The position numbers were made by a program, and so were the translations under genes. Under the pieces are notes generated by a model. That model saw only the letters and a list, made by a program, of their open reading frames with translations, did no database searches and was not told the DNA's origin. From positions 1 through 38,953 of the forward strand of contig WELA01002483.1 in assembly GCA_009602735.1 (NCBI GenBank): a stretch of 38,953 nt of DNA, in the 5' to 3' direction. This document shows positions 10,698-22,600 of this stretch, in pieces. How positions within the stretch are numbered: position 1 is the first letter of the stretch; every line of letters begins with the position of its first letter. This DNA comes from Mesotaenium endlicherianum (Eukaryota).

Positions 10698-11371
10698 NNN
10701 NNNNNNNNNNNNNNNNNNNNNNNNNNNNNNNNNNNNNNNNNNNNNNNNNNNNNNNNNNNNNNNNNNNNNNNNNNNNNNNNNNNNNNNNNNNNNNNNNNNN
10801 NNNNNNNNNNNNNNNNNNNNNNNNNNNNNNNNNNNNNNNNNNNNNNNNNNNNNNNNNNNNNNNNNNNNNNNNNNNNNNNNNNNNNNNNNNNNNNNNNNNN
10901 NNNNNNNNNNNNNNNNNNNNNNNNNNNNNNNNNNNNNNNNNNNNNNNNNNNNNNNNNNNNNNNNNNNNNNNNNNNNNNNNNNNNNNNNNNNNNNNNNNNN
11001 NNNNNNNNNNNNNNNNNNNNNNNNNNNNNNNNNNNNNNNNNNNNNNNNNNNNNNNNNNNNNNNNNNNNNNNNNNNNNNNNNNNNNNNNNNNNNNNNNNNN
11101 NNNNNNNNNNNNNNNNNNNNNNNNNNNNNNNNNNNNNNNNNNNNNNNNNNNNNNNNNNNNNNNNNNNNNNNNNNNNNNNNNNNNNNNNNNNNNNNNNNNN
11201 NNNNNNNNNNNNNNNNNNNNNNNNNNNNNNNNNNNNNNNNNNNNNNNNNNNNNNNNNNNNNNNNNNNNNNNNNNNNNNNNNNNNNNNNNNNNNNNNNNNN
11301 NNNNNNNNNNNNNNNNNNNNNNNNNNNNNNNNNNNNNNNNNNNNNNNNNNNNNNNNNNNNNNNNNNNNNNN

Positions 11372-11404
<33 letters not shown>
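10606..11404. repeat. (GA)n/(GT)n microsatellite spanning an assembly gap (N 10698-11371)
   Basis: GA and GT dinucleotide runs on the left and a GA run on the right of 674 Ns. Confidence 0.95.
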
Positions 11405-11407
<3 letters not shown>

Positions 11408-11910
11408 TGTAGTGAAACAGATAGATAAAGTATTCAGTAAAATAGAACACTTTATCTATTCAAGACAAGGATCTTTGAACACAAGTGGTAGCTTCTTGTA
11501 AGAGAGATGGCTTCTTGAAAGTTAATATATTTCTAGAATTCGGCAAGTACAGGAGTGATTCTGGAATGTCTTTGTATGTTCTAGCTCTTGTTTACATACT
11601 TGCTACATAAGTAATTTCTAAGAAGGTGTATGTTGATGTGTTGGCACCCAACACATCCCGAAACTTGCCACCTCTTTCTAGAATAATGTACACATGTCCT
11701 TTTGACCTAAAAATGGCACATTTGACTTTTGCCACATGGAGTTCTTCTAGGTCCATCCTCTAACTTCGAAAATGCCTTAGAAGGTTCAAAGGACATGAAC
11801 CAAATTACTAGAGTACCTATTCACACTTGAATCCAATCAATACTTCTCCAAATATATTTGAAAACATTAAAATATATGCAAACTAATATATTATAACTCA
11901 AATCACTACA
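11408..11910 (-). repeat. A2 3' LTR (503 bp)
   Basis: TGTAGTGA...TCACTACA ends; homologous to the other A LTRs. Confidence 0.95.
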
Positions 11911-12674
11911 TCACCCCCTCGACAGATAAGCGACGTCTCAGCGCGTCAAGTCAGGTCTTACACATGTGGAGCAGATTAGTCAACAGCTTCAAAACAGATG
12001 CCACACATGTGAAGAGGATCAATCAAAGGCGCCAAATCAGGTGTTACATATGTAAGGTAGACTAAGCAAGGTCGTGGGTGGTGTGACCTTATTGGCTAGC
12101 CTACTCCTTGATGATAAAGAAAATTGTACAAGTTGGCCCAGAATCTGCCCAAATTCAAAAACTCATAGCGTCCACAAAACTGCCACAAATCTAAAAATTC
12201 TAGTGCCAAACGAACCGCGTCAAAAAACTCTACTGGTTCACCAAATTTGAGAGCAATCTAATTTCTGGAGTGTTGTTGAGGGCTGAGAGAGTAGGCACTC
12301 CTCCACATCTGTGCAGAAATTTCTGAAAATCTTAAGTCCTATACTTCTCCAAATTTTGCAAAGTAAGTCTCAAAATGGACGCTGTAAGACGTTCTATCAA
12401 AGTCTTGAGTTTCAGACCGTTCCAAGTTCAGGGGAGGGCACAATATCAGGAGGCATATTCTGCCCTAATAATGCCAGCAGCCTGACCCCCTTCTACTTAG
12501 AGCATCATCTCTCTCTCACCAGTGCTTCAAATTGAGCAAACTTGAACTTTCAATGACTGGCTACTCATGGACTACAGCCAAGTAACTTTTCAGAATTTAT
12601 TATGCAGAGATCAATCACCAGTAGCATTTTTAGTTTTTTGTCCACAAACTGCGAGAAGAAAAGAGTGTCTACTG

Positions 12675-15600
12675 TCAATTTTTCCTTTTTCTTGTTCTTG
12701 CAGGCTGCCTCCGAGGGGTCTCTGCTGCTTCGTGATGGTTGTCGGCTGCCTCCCTGAAGGCTTAGGGCTTCTAGTAGAGAGACTTCGGGCTGGTCCAAGA
12801 TGGGGGTTGGCGGCATAGAAGCGCTTCAACTTTCTCTGAACTTTGTCAAGGTAGTGCGTCGCCTCACAACTATTCTCCGAATCTGGATATCCTTTCCACT
12901 TGATCAAGTATTGCTGCTGTGTCCTGAAATTTCTCATAGCCAGTATGTCTTCCACTTCGTACTCCAAATGATCATCCATTATTGTTGGGGCTGATGGGAT
13001 TGTCACACGTCCTGGGAACTTGTTGTCGGGTTGCACATATGGCTTGAAGAGGGAAGCGTGGAATACGGGGTCGATATGCATAGTCTGGGGAAGTTCTAGC
13101 TTGAAAGCAACGGGGTTGACTTGCTGGATAATCTTGAAGGGTTCCAAATACTTGGGAGAGAACTTGCTGCCAGCAGGCCTATTGTTGAGAGAAATATTCT
13201 TGGATGATAGTAACACGTTGTCACCCACTCTGTACGTAATTTCTCTTCTGGACCAGTTTGCAACTCTTGCTTGAGCATCTTGCGCCTGTTGTAGAGCTTT
13301 CTTCGCTGCTGTAATGGCCGCTTCTAATGCCATAGTTGAGGAAGAATGGGGACTCTTGGGTAGAGGCCTGCGTCGTGTTGTTGTAGGCAAACTCCAGGGG
13401 GGTAAAGTACATGTCCCAATCTTGCTCCAGAGTAGACACGTAGGCCTTTAGGGAGGTCTTTAGGGTATGATTCATACGCTCGGTTTGCCCATCTGATTGC
13501 GGGTGGTAGGCAGTGGAAATATCCAGCGATGTACCCAAGTTCTTGAAGAGATTTTTCCAAAAATGGCTTGTGGATCTTGGATCTCTATCCGACACAATTC
13601 TTGATGGTAGTCCATGGAGTCGGAAGATGTTGTCAAAGATGAGTCTTGCAAGTTGTGGTGCTGTAGCCTTAGTCGTCGTGCGAATAAAATGAGCCATCTT
13701 NAATGAGCCATCTTAGTAAGTCTGTCCACCATGTGAGTATTGCATTATGTCCTCGAGGTGTCACGAGCAGGTCCACGATAAGGTCCATTGAGATGTCCGT
13801 CCATTGTCTTTCGGGGATTGGTAGTGGTTGGAGGAGTCCTCTCGCCTTTTGTGACGATGGCGTGACTCTTTGGCATGTGTCACAGCTCCTGCAGTACTCC
13901 TTGACTTGCTTAGACATGCCTGGCCAACAATTAGTCCTGGCTAGAACGCCCGTGGTTGTTAGGATTCCAAAGTGTCCTCCAAGAGGGTTGTCGTGTGCTT
14001 CTCGTAGAAGCAAGAGCTGCAGGTCTAAGTCATTAGGAACACATCTCTGGCCCGTGCCTTGCCTCACCCAATAATTGCCTTTTAGCTTCTTGTACGGGTC
14101 CAAGGCTGCTTCTCCATTCTTGTAGTAAGGGTCTCGTTCATAGGCGGCTGAAAATCGAGCTTCCAGATATGTCTTTAGGGGTGTCATCACTGTGTTTAAT
14201 TGCTGTCTTGAGAGGGGGTCAGCCGGGTTTGTCTTGCCGGGCTGGAACTGAATCATGATACTGTATTGTTGCAAGTATCCGCTCCATCTTGCTTATCTCC
14301 TTAAGAGATACGGCTGCGTCTGGAGGTGCTTCAACGCTTCGTGGTTCGTAGTGACCAGCACCTTGCGTCCTTCAACGTAGCAGCGCCAAACCTTCAAGGC
14401 ATGTACAATCGCCAATGTCTCTCGCTCCGTGGTTGTACAATTTTGCTCGGCTAGATTTAGCTTCCTTGACTCGTAGGCAATGGGCTGCAGTCCCTTGCCT
14501 TGGTCTTGAAGCAGGATTGCTCCTATTGCATAGGAAGATGCATCGGTGATGACGTGGAAGGGCCAATCTGGGTTTGGACTTGGGAGTGTAAGCACCGGGG
14601 ATGTCGTCAATTTTTGCTTCAGTTGTTGGAATGCTCCCTTCTTTTTTTTTGGTCCAAACATATGGCTTGTCTTTCTTCAGTAGATCCGCGAGAGGGGCTG
14701 CTATGTGCGAGAAGCTCTGGATGATTCTCCTGTACCAATTGGCAAATCTCAAGAATGATTAAAGTTCTTTCTTGGTTGTGGAGGTTGGCCATTCCTCCAC
14801 CACCGTGGTCTTCTTGGGGTCCATCTTGATGCCATCAGCAGTCACGTGGAGACCTAGGAACTCCACTTTTTGTTTGGCAAACTCGCACTTTGACTCCTTT
14901 GCAAATAGCTTGTTTTGCTTCAAAACTTCAAGGACTTCTTTCAAGTGTCTCGCATGCTCTTCAAGGGTCTTGCTGTAGATAAGGATGTCATCGATGAATA
15001 CCACCACAAATCTGTCCAACATGGGCTGAAATATGGTGTTCATCATAGTCATGAAAGTTGCTGGCGCGTTGGTGAGTCCAAATGGCAGGACCATGAACTC
15101 AAAATGTCCATATCTTGTCCTGAATGCCGTCTTCTCTATGTCCGGTTCTGCGATGCGAATCTGGTGGTAGCCGCTCCGTAAGTCAATCTTCGTGAAGTAC
15201 TTGGCTCCAACCAGCCGGTCCATGAGCTCATCCATGCGCGGCAGCGGGTATCGATTCTTGATGGTGATCTTGTTGAGGGCGCGATAGTCCACACACATCC
15301 TCAAGGTACCATCTTTCTTCTTGACAAATAGCACCGGGGCTCCAAATGGCGACTTGCTAATCGAATGAAGCCATGCTCCAGTAGCTCCTTGATTTGCTTC
15401 TTGACTTCGTCTAGCTCCGTGTATGACATCTTGAACGTAGGCCGAGAGATGAGCTTGCTTCCGGGCTCCAACTCTATCTTGTGGTCCACAAACCTTTTAG
15501 GAGGTAGGCCCTTGAGCAATTCCAGGGAGAATACTTCTTTGTAGTCCTTCAAGACTTCTTGTATCTCCTTGAGAACGGGGCTGCCTTCTTGACTCTCGAT

Positions 15601-16278
15601 GTCTTTTTTGATGTCTTTTGGCGTGATCAAGGCCAAAAGAAGCTCGTGTCCCTTCCTCACAAGTCTCTTGAGTTGGAGGGCGGACAATAGTATCTCGTGT
15701 GCCGGCTTCTCGATGTCTTGGGTCTGGATATTCTGGATTGCGCGCAAAATACAGATTCTTGAAGTGATGTCATTCTTGATCTTGATAGTACCGGTCCTCC
15801 AATCAACTTGGGGTTTGTGCTTGGTCAACCAAGGCAACCCTAGGATGACGTCGTACTTGCCCAATTGCAAGGGGGAGAACACTACTCTATCCTCGAAGGA
15901 CTTGATAGAGAGTGCCAAGGGGTACGTCTTCTTGGAAGGGGTAGTATAGGAGAACCCATTGGGCATCATAATCTCCTCGTCGTGGTCAAGAGTTCGCATA
16001 GTAATTCCGTGCGTGGTGGCAAAATCTGCAGCAATGAAGTTGCCTTGAGCTCCGCTATCCACCAAGATGTAGACCTTCTCTCCTCCAAGGTAACTTCTCA
16101 AACTCATTGGGGTTGGAACGTCGTCTTCAACGGTGGTCTCCACCTTACTTGGCCTGTTGCCTTCTTGTGAAGTGGGTCTTGGGGTGGTAGGCTCCTGGCC
16201 TACCGGCGCTGTCCGTCTTTTGACAACTTTTTGGGGCATGAGAGTGCACGATGGCCCTTTTCCTTGCAATAAAAGCAT
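12675..16278 (-). pseudogene. pol: A2 pol pseudogene (frameshifts, stop, ~74-bp deletion near 13330)
   Basis: ORF fragments 15301-16278 (PR), 14759-15334 (RT), 14293-14661 (RNase H), 13669-14274 and 13221-13697 (integrase) and 12611-13390 (chromodomain) all match A1/A3 Pol. Confidence 0.94.
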
Positions 16279-16333
16279 AGTCCAGCCGTCATGAGAGCTT
16301 CTTTTTCAGTCGGGGAGAGTCTTGCTTTCACTC
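16200..16333 (-). pseudogene. gag: A2 gag 3' end (zinc knuckle), downstream of the B2 insertion
   Basis: Matches A3 30706-30839. The slippery site is mutated to A-AAA-GAC. Confidence 0.88.
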
Positions 16334-17569
16334 TGAAATGAATCGACTTACCAAATAGGCGATTAACAATTAATGAAGATCTTTATATCAGCAAGTAATC
16401 TTTATGGATTTTCCGTTAACTGGTTAAACGGCAAAAGGACAACTCACTAGCAGTGAACAACACTCGTAAATCAAATGCAAGTAAACTAGCATCAATAATG
16501 CACTCAGTAAACTCATACATAAGCAAGGTTAGAAGACGGTGCGTATCAATGGCTTCTCGCCTTGGATTCAGATCTCTCTTAGTAAGCTGTACAAGAGAGT
16601 TGGCCTCGTTTCCGAATGCCGAACTCGAGAGCAATCCTAGCATATGTACATGGCATGAGTTTACTGTTCAACGGCCAGTGCGATGGCATCGCCTACTCGG
16701 GAGTTAACCACGTTGGTAGGACCTCGGTTAACCAAATCCACCGCCATCTCCCATCATCCCGAATCGCCATCCATCATAGGGATGTCATCTGGCCATTCAT
16801 CTAGCATACCACACTTAGATGCATATCGAGGCCGTTCGCTGCTACCGAGTACGGAAGTCAGCTGGCTGTCAAAGAATGTGTCAGCAAGCTGACTTAAGCT
16901 GACTTCAGCCTGCTGCTTTCGGCTGAGTCATTAAATTTTTGTTTTGTATGTGCGACACTTGCAATCTCTTCAACTTTTTTAAGAATAATTTATTAAGAAA
17001 ATGCTTACACTTGACGATGTTAATTTTGCTATGTTTTACATTCAAATACATCCTACTAAAAAGTATATACGCTTTGCATCAAGAGTTGACATGATGCATG
17101 TGTAACCAAATATTTAACTGACAAACATGGAATACACTAATTATTTTAAATGTCATCAAATTTGAATGATTTCAAAATTATTCTTCATGAATTAGTCCAT
17201 AAAGAGACAAATTACTACATAGAATAAGAGATGGAAAAGAGAAAAAAAAAATAAAAAAAATTTAAATTTCAAGCAAATAGTTGGTCACTTTGCATCAAAT
17301 ATTTCAAAATAAGATGTTGAGATTTTTGGTGCATAAGACAAATATAAACTCTTAGATTAAATAACATGGAAAAAATTATAGTCTAGTGAGTAAAGTCCAT
17401 GTACATGTATTTATCTGCTCTCAAATTTTATGTTGTACTGTGTTGCTCAAAACTGATATTGAATATAAAGTCCAGCAAACTGATTATTAACTAGGGTTCA
17501 ACAGGCTGAACTTATTTAACAGTTATACTAAAATGAATATTATATCAACCAATATACTGATTCATTACA
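16334..17569 (-). repeat. B2 3' LTR, carrying a ~517-bp AT-rich insertion (~16937-17452)
   Basis: Collinear with 23999-24717 apart from the inserted block. Confidence 0.9.
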
Positions 17570-17584
17570 ATCCCTCCAACTTAA
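17570..17584 (-). promoter_or_regulatory. Polypurine tract of B2
   Basis: Minus strand TTAAGTTGGAGGGAT directly before the LTR TGTAATG. Confidence 0.85.
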
Positions 17585-17688
17585 CATGTTGTCAACCCGA
17601 CAACACTAACACAGGGTACATAGGTTTCCCCAACTGAAATTACTGATCCCTCTCCCATCCAGCGTGCTGTGCTCTTGGCTCTCCGCCC

Positions 17689-19351
17689 TTACGAGGGAGA
17701 TGCCCCTGGGGCCCTACGGTCAGGGGAGTCAGTCCTCCTCCTGTCTTGGGGTCTTCTGAAGCCTGTCAGAGAGGGAGTTTGCGTGTAGGGACCCGGCGGA
17801 GAACGCAGTAACTGTGTTGTTTCCTCCTGCACGGTCTGAAACTGAATGGAGGCAGCCTTCTCCTGGGCATCCCTCAAATTGACTGGTACATATACCGGCA
17901 TCCCGGGAGGATGTTGCATGACATGAGCTAAGGGTACATGCCCTCTCTGCGAGGGAGATGCCGGCAGGCCTCTGGCTATTTCTCTAGGAGCCCTCCTGTC
18001 TGCCCTGTCTGACTGGGTCTCCGTGCCTGGAGATGGTTCCTGTCCTCTGGCAATTCCCAGCCAAGTGATATCCTCCTCATCAGCGAGTTGCTGCAGGGCC
18101 AACCCCGTCTTCTCCCTTACAGGGGATGTGGCAGGTGTCAGGATCACGGCGGGACTAGTGTCCTCCTCCTCGCCTTCCTCCTGGTCTTCCTCTGACTCCT
18201 CCTCCTCTCCGTCCCCGGGTTCCTCTGAGACTTCTGGGGTCTCTTCTGTCAGCTGCTCCAGTTCTTCCCAAGAAAAAGAATATCCTACTGATCTTCCCCT
18301 TTTGGATGCTAGTGGGGGCTGCTGAGTTCGGACCGCATACAGGTCCTTCCCCCTGCTTGCTTGCCCATTTGGCATAAGCGTGCTTCCCTTTTGAGAATGA
18401 CTCTCGGGCCCTGCTTCTGTCCCCCTGCATTTCTTGGCTCATACAGTCTCTGACTCCATCCAATCGTGGGTCCCAAGCCGCAATGTGAGGGGGCAATACT
18501 ATGTTCCCCTTTAGGCCTGTCAGGAAATCCTCATCCGTCGCCCTGTCATTCTGCTGGTCCCTCATGTTGATGGTCATCTACCGCCAATTGGTGGGCTTTT
18601 GGAAGAAGGCAAGGTCTGTCCTTTTAAGAGTATAAGGGTACCAGTGCCCTGCAAAGTCGAGCTGACTAGTTTCCCTGGCCAAGAATTCCCACCTCCTTCT
18701 CTCCACCTCATTATACATGGCCTTGAACCTGTTATGGGCTGTAGAGTCCTTAAAGCTGTCCGCGTCCATGGGGATCATCCTGATGACCCTATCTTCCTCC
18801 CAGATACCAGGAATCGATACAGCCCCTGCTTCGTTAACCTGGGCCATTGCCTTGGCCTCTCTGACCGTATATCCTACCATCCTGGCGTAATCGTGGTAGA
18901 GGAGGAGCCCCGTGCTGACCTCTATATACTTGTCAAAGTTTTCGGATGTCTCCCCTTCCCTCTTGAGGATTTCCTTCTGCGACTCACTGCGACTTCTCTC
19001 GGCATACTTGAAGGCCTCCTCCAGTAGATCAAAGTGCTTGCCCAGCACTGTGTAGCGGTAGCTGCTGATTCTCCTCTGTTCTTCTTCTTCAGCCTGCTTC
19101 CGCCTCTCTTCAGCTTGCCTCTCCTCCTCTGCCTTCTTGGCCTCCTCTGCAGCTTTTCTGTCCAGTTCTTCCAGCCTCAGTCTGGCCTGTTCCTCCTCCT
19201 CCTTCTTCTTCTGTGCCTCTCGCTGTTGTTGGAGTCGTTGTGATTCCCGAGCGGAGATGGAGGATGATTCGATGTCTCCACGGAATTGCAAGTATTCTGC
19301 ATGTGCCTCTTCCGCCCTTCTCTTCCTCTTGAGTTCCGACTTTTGAGTCAT
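17689..19351 (-). pseudogene. B2 extra ORF between pol and the 3' LTR (~550 aa reconstructed; one in-frame stop, one frameshift); function unknown
   Basis: Three abutting sense ORFs: 18578-19360, 18155-18577 (TAG then ATG in the same frame) and 17689-18375. Contains KRKRR, an E/K/R-rich helix, an aromatic-containing central part, an acidic tract and a Pro-rich tail. Confidence 0.72.
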
Positions 19352-19698
19352 CCTGCTCAATCATAAACACAATGCAGTTAGTGAAGTCATGATATTCTGC
19401 CGCTACTGAGTGCCCTTGATGAAGAGGAACGCGATCGGAAGAGTTCCTAGTGTGAATACCTGGTGTGAGTGAATATAAGGGAAAATTGAGTTAGAGAGAA
19501 AGTGAGTTTGAGCGCAGGTTGAGTGTGTAATATGGTTATCAGAGATTTTCTGACTGATCCCGAAACAAAATACCACTCCCTCCAACTTAATTTCAAAGGT
19601 GGGCTGCCTGTCACAACTGTCACTAAGTGTCACATCCCCCTCCAATTTACATGGAGAAAGGACCTCCTGCCGCCTTCCCATGTCTACTGAAGGGACAG

Positions 19699-22600
19699 TT
19701 AGGGCGGTGCCCCAGCCGCCCGAAGGTGGAACCGTTTCAACGCCCCTTTGGCATTGGTCAGCTGGTCTTTAAACTCCCAAGTGTCCCCAGAGGCATCGTA
19801 ACCCTTCCATCGGATGAGGTACTTCATGACATATTTAGACGATCGACGGATCGAGCGAGCGTCTAAAATCTCATCGACCTCATATTCCTCAGGGTCGCCG
19901 TCCGGGACAGCGGGTACCGTACCCGGTTGGACAGGTCACCAACCTGTGAACAGTGTATCACCTTTGAGGTATGGTTCCAAGAAGGAGGCATCAAAGACCG
20001 TGTGACCCTTGTATTCGGCTGACATGTTCAATTTGTAAGCATTCTGACCGACACGACGCACTACTGAATATGGACCGACCCAGACTAAACCAAGCTTTTT
20101 CTTGACCACACCAGGGAGGTACAGGTGCTGAGAATGCAGTTTGACTAAATCGCCCTTAAAAAATGTCAGCTCCCGACGGTGTTGATTAGCGTACTTTTGT
20201 TGGTTTTCTTGGGCTTTGTGCAGGGTTTGTTGGACTTCTAAGAATGTGTCAGCAAACTCCTGAGTTACCTGGAGGAAGACCGGATTGTCGATCCCTTCAG
20301 GGTTAATTAAAGACTCCCCCGATACATCTAAATGAGACTTAGGGACTCTACCCAGGCTGAGTTCAAAAGGAGTCTTGCCAGTTGACGCGTGCACCGCACT
20401 ATTGACCGCAAACTGAATTTGAGGCAACAGGTCATCCCAATTATCTTGTTTTTGGTTAATATATGCTCTCAGCACCTCCTGCAGAACTCAATTAGTTCTT
20501 TCAGTCTGCCCATCAGTCTGAGGGTGGTTTGCTATGCAGAGCAGCTGTTTGACTCCCATTAACCCCATTGAAGCTCTCCAGAACTTAGAGGTAAATTTTG
20601 AGTCTCGATCTCAGATGACATGAGAGGGTAGCCCATGTTGGCATACCACATGGTTGTAGAACTGTCTCGCTATTTCGAGTGCAGTTACTTTGACAGTTGT
20701 GGGGATGAAAATGACCATTTTTGTCAGTTTATCCACGACTACCAGTATCGAATCATGCCCATAGCAGTTCGTGGCAGTGTGACCACCCAGTCCATGGATA
20801 TAGTTTCCCAGCGTCCCGCTGGGATGGGCAGCGGTTGCAAGAGACCTCCCGGTGGTGTGTGCCGAGACTTATTTCTTTGACACTGGTCACAGGACTTCAC
20901 ATATTTCAAGACCTCTCGGAGCAACCCCTCCCAATGATAATGTTTTGCCAGTTTGCCAACAGTTTTGGCCTGCCCCAAATGCCCACCCAGTAAACTGTCA
21001 TGTGCTTGACTCAAAAAAAGGGACCTTATTTCCAAGTTATTAGGAATGACCAGCTTTAGCCTGCTTGAAGTAGTTTCAGTCACCCAGACCCCTCCCTCAA
21101 GCTTATACCCGAGTGCCGTAGCACGACACACACCAGTAGTGGGGCTGGGCTCAAATGTTGGGTCAGAAAGGTAGGCTTTCCTAAGTTGTTCAAGGAAGGA
21201 CTTTTTCACCTTTAGTGAAGTGAGTGCACACAGGACTTTATCTACAGCATGCTGACTAAAGTTCCTTTCTTGCAAGTCAGGTCTTCTAGAGAGTGCATCA
21301 GCAGGATTCAACTTCCCTGGTTTGTAGTCGATCTGGACTTGGAACTGCTCCAGCATTTGGCTCCAGCGGTTCTCCCTCCTCGACAGCTTGGACTTCTTCT
21401 GAAAGTGGGTCAGAGCTAGATGATCTGTAATCACCTTAAAGGCTTTACCATGTAAGTATGCTCTCCACTGTTTGAGCACATGAATGATAGCTAGCAGCTC
21501 TTTATCATGTACTGAGTAATTGATCTCCGCTGGATTAAATTTCATAGACTAGTACAACACAGGGTGCCACTCCTGCCTTACCATACCATCCTTTGTGATT
21601 TTGTCCGCAGGTTGCAACAAAATAGCACCCATGGCAAAGTTAGAGGCATCAGTGACCACCTGCACCAGTTTGTTGGGGGCATACACGGCTAGCACTGGGG
21701 CAGATTAAAGGGCATCTTTAAGGGTCTGGAAGGCAGCCTGCTGCTCTTTCCCCCACACACACCCTATGTCTTTCTTAGTAAGGTCAGTCAGTTTACTGGC
21801 CTTTGTGGACTAATTCTCAATAATTATCCTATAGTAGTTAGCCAACCCGAGGAAGGATCTAACTTCAGAGACAGACTGTGGTATTGGCCAGTCCCTTATG
21901 GTCTGGACTTTCTTAGGATCCACACAGATGCCCTCTTTACTGACAACGTGGCCTAAGAATTCAATACTTTCCTTCAAGAAATCACACTTGCTCATTTTAG
22001 CATATAACTGATTTCTTCTCAGAATGTCCATGACTGTCTTTAAATGTTCAGCATGCTGAGTCTCATCTTTAGAGAAAATTAAAATATCATCCAGGAAAAC
22101 TTGCACAATATAATCCAAATAAGGCCTGAAAATGTCATTCATAGCACCCATGAAGGTCGCAGGAGCATTTGTCAGTCCAAATGGCATCACGTTGAATTCA
22201 TAGTGTCCATAACGTGTGCGGAAGGCAGTCTTGTGTTCATCCCCCTCAGCAATTCTGATCTGATGATAACCACTCTTGAGATCTATCTTCCCGAACTCCT
22301 TAGTACCAGACAGGGTATCAAGCAAGTCCTCGATTCTGGGTAAAGCATACTTGTTCTTTACTGAAATTCTGTTCAGGGCTCTGTAATCCACTCACATCCG
22401 CATACTGCCATCTTTTTTCTTATCAAATAGGATGGGTGCGCCGTAAGGTGATTTATTGGGAGAAATATAACCATTTCCTTCAAGCTTTGCAATCTGTGTT
22501 TTCAACTCCTCGCCCTCCATATAAGACAAGCCATAAGTGCGTTGCCAGGGTGGTTGACTCCCAGGTAATAGATCAATCCTATGATCTACTTCCCTCTTAG

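Noticed and set aside
10584..11450. Long ORFs across the N gap
   Set aside because: Artefacts of translating Ns and GA/GT microsatellite.
13688..13714. Short direct duplications around single Ns (13701; also 25659)
   Set aside because: Typical unmerged contig overlaps, not biological duplications.
16416..16892. Short ORFs inside B LTRs (also 24081-24557)
   Set aside because: They are not preserved in the B1 LTR and show no protein motifs.
17689..19351. True envelope glycoprotein
   Set aside because: No signal peptide or transmembrane segment is visible, and the protein is highly charged.
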